A stretch of 64,000 bases of DNA from contig CAWFQL010000009.1 in the NCBI GenBank assembly GCA_963817915.1, positions 64,001 through 128,000 on the forward strand. The letters are read 5' to 3'. Origin of the DNA: an uncultured candidate division Zixibacteria bacterium. GTDB lineage: Bacteria > Zixibacteria > MSB-5A5 > UBA10806. A program made the position numbers and the translations under genes. Below the pieces are notes generated by a model that saw only the letters and a program-made list of their open reading frames with translations, was not told where the DNA came from and did not search any database. Each line of letters begins with the position of its first letter. Position 1 is the stretch's first letter. This document shows, piece by piece, positions 8,369-18,235 of the stretch.

Positions 8369-10956
8369 TCAACTTCTTTTCTTGCTTTCTTCCATTCTAC
8401 GGAATACGGCAATTCCGGCTCCAATCACCAATATTAGGAAACCGAGCCAAACCAGATTGATCATCGGCTTAGTCATAACTTCGATTGTTGCCAGCTGTGC
8501 CTGCCTGGCGGGAATATAAACAAAATTAGCAATGTTGGCTTTTGGATTCAAGTCCACTAAAAACAACTGATCGTCTTTCGGCAACTTCACGATACTACGG
8601 AAATTATGCATCTCGGTCGGAGAATGGATTGGAACAGCTTTCAGGGTATCGGAATCAGATATAATTTTCAATACAGTGCCAACTTTGACGTCCGAAGCTT
8701 TTTCGGTTGGTGAATAAGTCAGATCTATCCCGCCGATATCGGCCTTGATCTTGGAAAGCGTCACAAAACCGCCACCCGGCAATTCGACAGGTTCGGATTG
8801 CACTTCTTCCTGTGAAGTAGGATCATAGGTGGGAGTTATCGTGGATGATTTGCCTTTAAATTCGACTGTCAGGATTGCGCCGATAGTAGCAGCCTTGCCT
8901 TCCTGATGTTTGGTCATATCGAATTTTTCAAACGTAATATTCTGTTTGCCGATACTAATTTTCTCGCCCTTTTTGATTTCGAATACTTGCGCTTGAGATT
9001 TAGCCAATAATTTCGCGTTTTCTTCGGAATCATATTTTTCAAATATTATCTTATAGCTGCCAATCTGAGCCGTATCCCTTAATCCGATATCAACCGGGAA
9101 AGTCTGGTTTTCGGATTGGCCGGTGAGATTTTCAAGAGAGAGATAGAAATCGTAACCAAGGCTTTTCCTAATAAATGGGACTCGGACATATTGAATCTGA
9201 TTCCCCTGATTCATCTGTTTTGATGTGGTGACTGCTGGAAATGTCTTGCCGTCTTTGGTTATTTCAAAGAATGATTGTTCTTCCTTGGGATTTGCGCTTT
9301 CGGTCTTGAGGAATTTTACATCGTACCCCAATGCCGAACCGGAGCCGCCTTCTGCCATTGTCACTTTCTTTTGCGATGAGAATAAACCTGAGGAGATAAT
9401 ACCAAGTAGCAAAATCGAAAATCCCACATGAGCGAAATATCCGCCTGATGTAATGAAGTTAGATTTAATTCGTTTGAGCAGGAAAATTGTGCTTGAAATC
9501 AGTGAGAACATCGAAGCCGCGAAGAATAGGAAACTCAAGATCGCAATTATGATTGTCATGAATGTTGTCCCGGAAACTTCGGGTGTGGACCACATCAACA
9601 CGATATGAGAATAGGCTGAAAAGACAAATATTAATGCAGTCACTATCGAAATGATTGAAGGGATTATAAGCTTTTTGAGGAATACAGACTTCTCTGTCTT
9701 TTTCCATTCCAAAAGGCAATTGAATCCGAGGATGATCGCGTAAATAATGCCGAAAACAAGTCCGGCCATGTTGTAGTTGGTTGTCGCAACCGCCGACGGT
9801 GATATTTTTGAGAATAAAGAGATTTTCGATAGGGCGGTAGTAATTAGCGGGAATGATGTCCAAATCAACACAAGCAGTGTAAACGGCAGCAATAACACCA
9901 TCGAAAGAAATGTCGCGAATTCCTGGGTTAGAATCTCGGTGCTTGCAGGGGAGACCTTCATCTTTGATGATCTATAAATCCAAAGGCCGTACGATACAAA
10001 TCCTAAGATTAATAACGAGGATAATAGAATATTATTGTAACCCAGATCAGTAAAGGCATGGACAGAAAAATCCGCCAGCACTCCCGAACGGGTTAAGAAT
10101 GTGCCAAAAATAATAAGCACAAATGTAGTAATCGCGAGAAACAGATTAGTTCGCCGCCATGAGCCCCTGGCCTTTTCAATAACCATGCCATGTACCAGCG
10201 CAATTCCTGTAAGCCAGGGAATAAAGGAAGCGTTCTCAACAGGGTCCCATCCCCAGTAGCCGCCCCAGCCCAGTGTCTCATACGCCCAATAGCCGCCAAG
10301 GAAGATTCCAAGTCCTAATGTCACTACCGAGAACACAGCCCAAGGCATTGTCTGCCTGACCCAGTTATCATATTTATTAGTTGCCAGCGATGCCATGGCG
10401 AAGGCAAATGGTATACAAGCCGCCGCGAATCCGATAAATACGATCGGTGGATGAATCTGCATCCAGTAATTCTGCAACAAGAGGGTTGAGCCCCTGGCCA
10501 TCGGGCGGGATAAAATCCAATCTTTTAAATGGGTCGGTTACAATTGTTAAAAGCAGTAAGAAATGTCTGGCCGAGCAGATAAAAGAACATTACCCAGCCT
10601 TCATTTTCTTTGGCCTTTGATTTGACCCAGACTCCCAGGATTAATCCAAAAACAAGCCAGAGTAAGAAAGTACCCTGCTGGCCCGCCCATAAGGCGCTTA
10701 CCTTATAGAAATGAGGCCATTGGTTGGGAAGATCCTTCGATGAATACGCCGCGACATATGAAAATTGAAATTTATCGCCTATGAATAAGGTAAAAAGATC
10801 GGCAAATGCAAGCAGTACCAATGCCAACAAAAACCAATATATTAATCTCGCGCTTAGCTTAAACTCTTTGGCACCGACAGCTACGAGAAAGTATCCTGCC
10901 AGCGAAAGCACCATTGGCACTGCCGCCCACGTTATTACAAAACCGCCTATTTCCAT
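8369..10956 (-). CDS. ccmF: cytochrome c heme lyase CcmF, split by two apparent +1 frameshifts near 10470-10560
   Basis: SALWAGQQGTFLLW, reconstructed [52 protein letters not shown]...SVHAF, KPMINLVWLG. Confidence 0.92.
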
Positions 10957-11000
10957 GGTCCCTCACACAATATCGTTATGAATTATTATCTAATCTTAAC

Positions 11001-11393
11001 TTAAGTCCCGGAGCTTTTCGGCTCATTCTGGTATTTTGACGGGCACTTGACTAGAAGCTTATCAGCGAAAAAAGTATCATTTTTATATCGGCCAATACAG
11101 ACGACAGAAGTCGCCTGATCGAAATTACCGGGCTTGGTGCCACTATATACAACCTTCATCTTGTCGCCACTAACGTCTGTAATAAAAAAGGAGAATGATC
11201 CCGCTTCGGTATTGTAATTGGATTCATTCGCGAGAATCTCGCCCATTACCTGAACATTGGATTTCGCGGCCCGGGCCTCCGAAAATCCAACATAGGGAGT
11301 CACCCCTCCGCCAGTAAATAGCGACATCAATCCGACTACGGCCGCGATTATGACTACCGCGATCGCAATCAGAGTCTTTATATTCTTATTCAT
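11001..11393 (-). CDS. ccmE: heme chaperone CcmE, CxxxY variant
   Basis: N-terminal TM; VVYSGTKPGNF; FFADKLLVKCPSKY. Confidence 0.92.
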   Translation of the reverse strand: MNKNIKTLIAIAVVIIAAVVGLMSLFTGGGVTPYVGFSEARAAKSNVQVMGEILANESNYNTEAGSFSFFITDVSGDKMKVVYSGTKPGNFDQATSVVCIGRYKNDTFFADKLLVKCPSKYQNEPKSSGT

Positions 11394-11493
11394 CTTTTTT
11401 CATCCTCTTGATTTTGGCATCGATAGAGAAAAGATAAGCCCAGAGGGCGATCCAGCCCAGAAGGGCCGCAAACATCGGTATATAATTAGCCAT
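11386..11493 (-). CDS. ccmD: CcmD family small membrane protein (35 aa, not in ORF track)
   Basis: Hand translation MANYIPMFAALLGWIALWAYLFSIDAKIKRMKKDE; overlaps the ccmC stop and the ccmE start; one TM plus charged tail. Confidence 0.85.
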   Translation of the reverse strand: MANYIPMFAALLGWIALWAYLFSIDAKIKRMKKDE

Positions 11494-12151
11494 TAGTTTT
11501 CTCCTCTAATTTTTCATCTACATATATCGAAAGATGATTTATCCATAATAATAATCCGATATGAGCCAATACCGATGGTATCAGCACGCTGGCAGTTGCC
11601 AATGAGAAAGTGATGACCGATCCTTCGCTGACTCCGGTCGGTTTGGGCGCTCCGGGATGAAGCCCAGGCATCATGCGAGGCATGATGAAAACAAAGAATA
11701 TCGCCGCGATAAATCCAAATATGGAATAGACTGCAGATAGATTAGCCTTTTGATCAGGGTCGGCAACCGCGGCCCTCAATGCGAAATATGCTCCATAGAC
11801 CAATAACAACATGAATATCGATGTTTCTCTCGGATCCCAATTCCAGTAAGAGCCCCACGTATTCTTGGCGAATATCGAGCCCGTTATTGTGGCAAGTATA
11901 CAGAATATCAAGCCAAGCCTGGCCATCGTAGATGCTCGTAAGTCGTAATGAAGCTGCCGTTTGATAAGATACCTGATCGAATAATACATGCCTATGCCAA
12001 ATGCCACAACTGTAGTCATGGCCATGGGGAAATGGAAATATATTATTCTAAAGACCTCGGGATTATTCTGTACCGGGGTTGGCGGCGGAAAAATCCAGGC
12101 GCCGATAATTACCCAACTGATTGTCAAAAAGATTAGCAGCTTCCACCACAT
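11486..12151 (-). CDS. ccmC: heme exporter / cytochrome c biogenesis protein CcmC
   Basis: RIIYFHFP, WWD motif WGSYWNWDPRET, GLHP. Confidence 0.93.
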   Translation of the reverse strand: MWWKLLIFLTISWVIIGAWIFPPPTPVQNNPEVFRIIYFHFPMAMTTVVAFGIGMYYSIRYLIKRQLHYDLRASTMARLGLIFCILATITGSIFAKNTWGSYWNWDPRETSIFMLLLVYGAYFALRAAVADPDQKANLSAVYSIFGFIAAIFFVFIMPRMMPGLHPGAPKPTGVSEGSVITFSLATASVLIPSVLAHIGLLLWINHLSIYVDEKLEEKTNG

Positions 12152-12282
12152 ACGCTTGCCTTTAAACCTTGTCCTTAATTGCCATGTTCCTCACTAAATA
12201 ATACCTTTGCCACTAAATGTCAAATTTTATATCGCCCATTGTAGGTTATTAAATCCTTATTTATTATGATCTTATAAAATTA

Positions 12283-12969
12283 TTAATCATTCCAGACGAG
12301 ATCGAAAAAGAAGAATCCCATAATAGTCATTACTATCATATAGGAAATAGAAACCTGGATTTCAATTCGGGCATCGAAAAATGTGATCTCAGGCATCAGC
12401 GCCTTGGCAGTGCCCCTGATTACCATTATTAGCAACGGCAAGATAATCGGGAACGAGAGCACCGCGAATAGCGCCCCCTTAACAGAGGCTTTCGAAATTA
12501 TGGCGGCTATCAATGTAGTCGCGCCAACCAATCCTAATGACCCCAATGATATTATCACAAGAAAGAGCGGCCAGTTTGCAATATCAAGCCCAATTAAAAT
12601 CGCAAACAGCGGCACCGTGATTAAATTCATTATAAATAGTAATGCCAGATTGAAAATGAGCTTGCCGCCATAAACTGCTTCCGCAGGGCAGTATAATTTT
12701 AACGCGATTGCTGTTTTGGATTCCTCTTCTTTTATAAAGCTTTGGGATAAACCTGAAAGCGATGAAAAGTAAATTACAATCCAAAGCAACGATGCCTGCA
12801 AAATAGTGGAGACTCCAACGCCGCCTACCGCCCATGATACCGCGAATACAGTCACTATCGCGAACATCAAGATGGCATTGATAGCGTAGCGAGTTCTCAA
12901 CTCGCTTTTAATATCCTTATTAAAAACTGCGAGCGATTTACGCACCGAGCCGGAGGATTTGGTCTCCAT
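12283..12969 (-). CDS. ccmB: heme exporter protein CcmB
   Basis: KDIKSELRT, SFIKEEE, LSFPIILP; multi-TM; between ccmA and ccmC. Start taken at ATG 12969. Confidence 0.9.
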   Translation of the reverse strand: METKSSGSVRKSLAVFNKDIKSELRTRYAINAILMFAIVTVFAVSWAVGGVGVSTILQASLLWIVIYFSSLSGLSQSFIKEEESKTAIALKLYCPAEAVYGGKLIFNLALLFIMNLITVPLFAILIGLDIANWPLFLVIISLGSLGLVGATTLIAAIISKASVKGALFAVLSFPIILPLLIMVIRGTAKALMPEITFFDARIEIQVSISYMIVMTIMGFFFFDLVWND

Positions 12970-13564
12970 AACCCCATTCGCTTTTTTCATTGGTTGCGAT
13001 TACTGCTATGCCATTATGCGATTTGATAATTGAATCGACGAGTGCCTTGCCGGCGTCATCGAGATTGGCAGTCGGTTCGTCCAATATCAGGACTTCAGGA
13101 TTTCTTGATAATGCCAGGCAATATTTGAGCCTTTGTTTCATCCCCGATGAATACGAGCCAACCAGATCGTCGCCGCGCCCCGATAAGCCGACAAAATCCA
13201 ATTTATCTTTGATCTCTTTTCTGGTCAGCGGAAATCCAGCCACGTGACTGAAAAAACCAAGATTTTCGATTGCGCTTAATTCATCATATAAAACGAGGTC
13301 CGGCGAAACCAATCCGATATAATTCCTGATTTCGATATCTTTGATGATTTTATCATCATAGGATAATTCAATCTTGCCTTTGGTAGGGCGAATTAATCTG
13401 CAAATAATCCTGATCAATGTCGATTTGCCGGAGCCGTTGGGCCCGGTGACTACTAATCGCTTGCCGGATTCAACATTCGCGGAAACATCAGCGAAAATTT
13501 TCCTGCCCGGATATGACTTAGATATTCCATCGATATTTAAACGTATTTTTTTCACCTCGGTCAT
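12938..13564 (-). CDS. ccmA: heme ABC exporter ATP-binding protein CcmA
   Basis: Walker A GPNGSGKST, YSSGMKQR, LILDEPTANLD; first gene of the ccm cluster. Confidence 0.88.
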   Translation of the reverse strand: MTEVKKIRLNIDGISKSYPGRKIFADVSANVESGKRLVVTGPNGSGKSTLIRIICRLIRPTKGKIELSYDDKIIKDIEIRNYIGLVSPDLVLYDELSAIENLGFFSHVAGFPLTRKEIKDKLDFVGLSGRGDDLVGSYSSGMKQRLKYCLALSRNPEVLILDEPTANLDDAGKALVDSIIKSHNGIAVIATNEKSEWGYGDQILRLGA

Positions 13565-13669
13565 AAAAAGGGATAACACCGAAAATTACAAGCGGAAAAT
13601 ACTAATATTGAATTTATGGGAGTAAAAATACATCTGGGCGGCAGCTGTCCACACCAGCCTCTTCGGAAA

Positions 13670-13766
13670 GTCATTGCGAGTCCGGCAGCTGCCGGCGAAG
13701 CAATCTGAAGGATGCTACCCGCGGATTGCTTCGTCGCTCGGCAAAAGCCGAACTCCTCGCAATGAC
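13670..13766. repeat. palindromic REP/RPE-like element
   Basis: Perfect 11-bp terminal inverted repeat GTCATTGCGAG/CTCGCAATGAC with internal GAAGCAATC/GATTGCTTC stem. Confidence 0.8.
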
Positions 13767-13840
13767 GGATAATTTTATTTTGGGGGCAGGGAGACGACTG
13801 CCGACCAATAGAGCTTAAAAAAAAGAATAATTGTAGGTTA

Positions 13841-13919
13841 GTAGGTCCGAACCCCTGCAGTTCGGACTCTTGAATTGCCTATCAATCAAAAAGGCGGAAC
13901 CACGGGGGTTCCGCCCTAC
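13841..13919. repeat. REPIN-like inverted pair of GTAG-type REP hairpins
   Basis: GTAG-GTCCGAAC-N7-GTTCGGAC on + and GTAG-GGCGGAAC-N7-GTTCCGCC on -. Confidence 0.8.
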
Positions 13920-13931
13920 GGATTTCATAAG

Positions 13932-13965
13932 AAAAATGGCGGCCTCGTAAAAAGGAGCCCGCCAT
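13932..13965 (-). terminator. probable intrinsic terminator of lepB
   Basis: ATGGCGG...CCGCCAT stem followed on the minus strand by TTTTT, about 20 nt after the lepB stop. Confidence 0.55.
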
Positions 13966-13986
13966 AAAATCATTATTTATTTGTAA

Positions 13987-14757
13987 TTATTGAATCAAAT
14001 GTCCAATCCGTCCCCAACGAACTCTGTCGGGCAGATGAACAATATTATATGCGATATTTACTGGATACGAAAATGGATTGCTTGCCGATACCTGCGGCGC
14101 ATTCTCGTCCGGTGCCCATGACCAATGGATGATCATGGCCTTGCCCATAACCAATTTACGATCCAAAAATCCCCAGAATCTCGAGTCTGCCGAATTATCC
14201 CTGTTATCTCCCATCATGAATAGATATCCCTTAGGGACTTCGGTTTCGGGCATATTATCTCGAATCCCCATGCCCCATTGGCCATCATTGAAATGAGGGT
14301 ATACATGCGTCGAATCCATGAATTGACCGTGCGTCGGCAATGGCACTGGCTTACCATCGACAAAAACCTGCTTGTTGACAATCTTGACTTTTTGTCCGCC
14401 GACCGCAATACATCGTTTGATATAATTCTGTCTTTGATCCAATGGATATTTGAAAATTATTATATCGCCCGGCTTGGGCTCAGCGAGCGCTGGCAGTTTG
14501 ATATCTGTGAGGAATGGGATCGGCAGTCTCATTCCATAAACAAATTTATTCGCCAAAAGGAAATCGCCAACCAATAGTGTTTGTTCCATCGACCCTGATG
14601 GGATTTTATACGCCTCCACCACTGATGCTTTTATCATCAGAGCAAGTATCAGGGCAATTCCAAGTGATTGAACAAAATCCCACAATGATTCATACCATGT
14701 GCGATTTTCAATTTTCTTGGCAGGTTTTTTTGTCTTATCCTTCGAAAACAGCTTCAT
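13987..14757 (-). CDS. lepB: signal peptidase I
   Basis: IPSGSM (Ser), YIKRC (Lys), MMGDNRDNSADSRFWG. Confidence 0.95.
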   Translation of the reverse strand: MKLFSKDKTKKPAKKIENRTWYESLWDFVQSLGIALILALMIKASVVEAYKIPSGSMEQTLLVGDFLLANKFVYGMRLPIPFLTDIKLPALAEPKPGDIIIFKYPLDQRQNYIKRCIAVGGQKVKIVNKQVFVDGKPVPLPTHGQFMDSTHVYPHFNDGQWGMGIRDNMPETEVPKGYLFMMGDNRDNSADSRFWGFLDRKLVMGKAMIIHWSWAPDENAPQVSASNPFSYPVNIAYNIVHLPDRVRWGRIGHLIQ

Positions 14758-14866
14758 TTACGCTCCTTTTAGTCTATTTTACCCTTAAATACTGTAAAGG
14801 TTGCAGGAATCTATTATCATCTTACCATAAATGCAACCCCATTTTGGCTTTGGCTATTATTACCCC

Positions 14867-14895
14867 TTGCCAGTAGCGGGGAAATTTCTTATTAT
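14867..14895 (+). promoter_or_regulatory. sigma70-type promoter of efp
   Basis: TTGCCA-N17-TATTAT, then GGAGGA before ATG 14919. Confidence 0.65.
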
Positions 14896-14918
14896 CGTGA
14901 CTACTTTATGGAGGATAG

Positions 14919-15476
14919 ATGATTAATACGAGTGATTTTCGAAAAGGAATGAAGTTGGCGATTGACGGCGATCTTTATATAATAGTCGACTTTCAACATG
15001 CACGAACAGCACAGAGACGGGCCAATGTCTGGACCCGACTTAAAAACATGAAAACCGGTTCTGTTATCGAACGGACATATTCCGCAGGCGAAAACTTTGA
15101 AGTACCTGATTTTAACGAACGCGGAATGTCGTATCTTTATACCGACGGCGAAGTTTATAATTTTATGGATTCGAAAACCTTCGAGCAGGTTTCATTGAAT
15201 GATGAACAGATCGCCGATTATAAATGGTACTTACAGGAAAATGTCGAATACAAGGTGCTGTTTTTCGAGGGAATTCCAATATCTATTAATATGCCGTCGG
15301 CTGTGACATTGAAGGTTGTTGAATCGGAGCCAGGTGTTAAGGGCGATTCGGTTTCTAATCTCACAAAGAATGCGACATTGGAAACGGGTTTGGTTGTTAA
15401 GGTGCCGTTATTTATCAAGGTTGGCGATTCGGTCAAGGTTGATACTACCGAAGGCAAATATCTTGAAAGAGCCTGA
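14919..15476 (+). CDS. efp: elongation factor P (non-canonical tip loop)
   Basis: YLYTDG, FMD..TFEQ, EPGVKGDS, ATLETGLVVKVPLFI..GD.VKVDT..GKYLERA. Confidence 0.95.
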   Translation: MINTSDFRKGMKLAIDGDLYIIVDFQHARTAQRRANVWTRLKNMKTGSVIERTYSAGENFEVPDFNERGMSYLYTDGEVYNFMDSKTFEQVSLNDEQIADYKWYLQENVEYKVLFFEGIPISINMPSAVTLKVVESEPGVKGDSVSNLTKNATLETGLVVKVPLFIKVGDSVKVDTTEGKYLERA

Positions 15477-15500
15477 TTAACATTTCTCATAAATTCTGCT

Positions 15501-16157
15501 ATGCAATCTGATCTATTGAGGGGGGAACCGGATGGCATTATTGGTGTCGACGAGGCCGGTAAGGGTGACTATTTCGGGCCGCTTGTTATCGCTTCATGTT
15601 ATTCTAATAAACTAATCGAGCAGAAATTTGAAGCGATCGGCCTGAAAGAAAGCAAAGCTGTCACCGACAAACGAGCCTTTTTATTAGAATCAGAAATAAA
15701 AAAAATCGCACCATTCGAGGTTATAGCTATCGGCCCCGAAAAATACAATGAGCTATACGATAAAATCAAAAATCTGAATAAGCTTTTAGCCTGGGGCCAT
15801 GCCCGCGCAATCGAGAATCTACTGGAAAAAACAAATCCCATAGAAGTTATCGCGGATCAATTTGGTGATGAGCGGCTTATCCAAAATGCCTTGATGAAAA
15901 AGGGGAGAAGCGTTAATCTAAATCAGCAAACCAAGGCGGAGCGATTCCCCGCGGTGGCGGCGGCATCGATTCTGGCAAGGGCGGAATTTCTTAGGAGGCT
16001 GGAGAAGCTATCCGAAATCTACAAAATTCATCTGCCAAAAGGGGCGGGGACACAGGTCGATGATGCCGGCAGAATATTTGCGAAGTCTAAGGGTACCGAG
16101 GAGCTGAGCAAAATTGCGAAAATCCATTTCAAAAACACCAAAAGAGTCATCGTTTAG
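15501..16157 (+). CDS. rnhC: ribonuclease HIII, catalytic domain only
   Basis: GVDEAGKGDYFGPLV, YNELY..KNLNKLLAWGHARAIENL, ADQFG, KAE..PAVAAASILAR, LPKGAG, KIHFKNT. Confidence 0.88.
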   Translation: MQSDLLRGEPDGIIGVDEAGKGDYFGPLVIASCYSNKLIEQKFEAIGLKESKAVTDKRAFLLESEIKKIAPFEVIAIGPEKYNELYDKIKNLNKLLAWGHARAIENLLEKTNPIEVIADQFGDERLIQNALMKKGRSVNLNQQTKAERFPAVAAASILARAEFLRRLEKLSEIYKIHLPKGAGTQVDDAGRIFAKSKGTEELSKIAKIHFKNTKRVIV

Positions 16158-16998
16158 TAATCGACTGCAGCAAATTCTCCATAATAGAACCGAGGGTGCG
16201 GGTTTTATCGAAAACGCCGCGACCGATTTAATTCTATCAATTATAAATTCTGCTAATCCTGATTCGAAAGAGCTAATAATTAATTCCATCGATAAAATCA
16301 GCGATCGATTTGCCGCAATGGCCAATATCACCAATCTTTCGAATTTTGCACGAGAAAATATTGGATTTTATGAAATCGGCGCGTTCGAATTGATGCTCAA
16401 GGATTATATAAACATATCAAAAATTCTAAAGCAGATTACCGTTATTAACTGTGGCGATTTAATTGAGAAATATAAGACTATCTTCACGCTGTCCAATTCG
16501 TCTATGGTTCGCGAATCTATCTTATATGCCATTTCTAAGGGCTGGAATGGCAAAGTATTGATTATCGAATCCCGCCCAAAAAATGAGGGAGCAATTCTAG
16601 CTTCAAAATTGGCTGAGCACAATATCAATGTCGAATTAGCAGTGGATGCTCTGATGCCAAAATTGATCGCTCAATCGGATGCCGTATTCCTTGGCGCCGA
16701 CACTATCACGCCATCATTTTTTGTCAACAAAATAGGATCTCAAAGCGCGATCGATTACGCCGTCAAATTGGGAAAACCCTGCTATCGTAGCCGCTGATAA
16801 ATCGAAAATGATTTCGGATCGCAGATTCAGATTGAATGAATTCAGGCAATCCGTAGAGGAGATATCGAAAGTTAAAGAGTCCGTCATCTAACTATATTAA
16901 ATCCGTATTTCGAAAAGATAATTCCTGAGGGCGATTTCCATTATATTTGCGGCGCAAGATTGTACAATCCCCAGGAAATTAGAAATCTCTTGAATTAA
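16114..16998 (+). CDS. eIF-2B alpha/beta/delta (MtnA/ribose-bisphosphate isomerase-like) family protein; 3' end frameshifted, start uncertain
   Basis: TLSNSSMV, ESRPKNEG, FLGADTI, NKIGS; shifted frames continue VAADKSK and NPYFEKI to TAA at 16998. Confidence 0.8.
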
Positions 16999-17065
16999 CC
17001 ACATTCAGTTGATAGATTTCATATAAGGTGAAATTAGACCTTCAACATTTTTCTGATCGTATCCT

Positions 17066-18235
17066 ATGGCTGATTTGATCGAAATGACTTTATTAAACCG
17101 CCGACGGTTTTTGAAGACTTCGGGTATTTGTGTTGGATGCAGCCTGGTTCCATTTACCGGTATCTCGGATTTGCCCCTAATATCCGAAGTATTAAATGAA
17201 CCGTTGGCCAGCGCGGAGGAGATCGGGCCACATGAGGCAATGTTTTATAAAAAGCTTCAGGACAGGGAGATCGAATGTCAACTATGCCCTCGCAAATGCC
17301 AGGTAGGCGATAAGGAAAGAGGATATTGCGGAGCGCGAGAAAATCGCGGCGGCAGCTATTACACATTGGTATATGGCAATCCTTGTTCGGCTAATATTGA
17401 TCCGGTAGAGAAGAAACCATTTTTCCATTATATGCCGGGCACACTTGCATTCTCTATCGCCACCGCAGGATGCAATCTAAATTGCAAATTTTGCCAGAAT
17501 TGGCAAATCTCACAATTTAGACCCGAGCAAGTCAAAAGCCTTAAAATGTCACCATCAGATATAGTCTCAACCGCCCTGCAATATGAATGCAGTACGATCG
17601 CCTATACTTACTCGGAGCCGACAGTATTTTATGAATATATGAAAGATTGCGCGATTACCGGAAAATCTAAAAATATACGATCTCTGCTTATCAGCGCGGG
17701 CTATATCGAATCTCAACCTCTACAGGAGCTTTTGCCGTATTTAGCAGCTGTAAAAATCGACTTGAAATCATTCAGCGAGAAATATTATTCTGATATCTGC
17801 AATGGCGAATTGAAACCGGTTCTCGAAACTTTAAAGACATTGAAAAAATCAAATATCTGGTTTGAAATAGTATATCTGATGGTGCCGACCCTAAATGATA
17901 ATCCCGATGAAGTAAAAAATATGTGCCAATGGATTATCGATGATTTGGGGCCTGACGTGCCGATTCATTTCACCAGATTTCATCCTGAATATCTTTTGAC
18001 AAATCTTCCCTCGACACCAGTCGAATCGTTAGAGACCGCATATGACATCGCCAAGGCGAAGGGCATCAATTATCCTTATGTCGGCAATGTATACGGCCAC
18101 AAGGGAGAAAATACGTTTTGCCCGAAATGCGACTCGCTTTTGATTAGCCGTCAGGGCTTTCAAGTACAGATTAAATCATTAGTTAATGGTCATTGCGCGA
18201 AATGCGGAATGGCGATACCGGGTGTCTGGGCTTGA
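17066..18235 (+). CDS. amrS: AmmeMemoRadiSam system radical SAM enzyme with twin-arginine-like N-terminus (start may be ATG 17084)
   Basis: CQLCPRKC..GYCGAR, DPVEKKPFFH, GCNLNCKFCQNWQISQ, AYTYSEP, HFTRFHPEY, C-terminal CPKC..CAKC; N-terminal NRRRFLK. Confidence 0.92.
   Translation: MADLIEMTLLNRRRFLKTSGICVGCSLVPFTGISDLPLISEVLNEPLASAEEIGPHEAMFYKKLQDREIECQLCPRKCQVGDKERGYCGARENRGGSYYTLVYGNPCSANIDPVEKKPFFHYMPGTLAFSIATAGCNLNCKFCQNWQISQFRPEQVKSLKMSPSDIVSTALQYECSTIAYTYSEPTVFYEYMKDCAITGKSKNIRSLLISAGYIESQPLQELLPYLAAVKIDLKSFSEKYYSDICNGELKPVLETLKTLKKSNIWFEIVYLMVPTLNDNPDEVKNMCQWIIDDLGPDVPIHFTRFHPEYLLTNLPSTPVESLETAYDIAKAKGINYPYVGNVYGHKGENTFCPKCDSLLISRQGFQVQIKSLVNGHCAKCGMAIPGVWA

Noticed and set aside
8369..10956. 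Programmed frameshifting or Sec/Pyl read-through in split genes
   Set aside because: The breaks need frame changes, not stop read-through. The sites share no slippery heptamer or SECIS-like hairpin and are better explained as sequencing insertions.
12190..12223. Internal sigma70 promoter before ccmC (TTGACA on the minus strand)
   Set aside because: The best -10 (TATTAT) is only 14 nt away and nothing convincing lies at 16-18 nt spacing.
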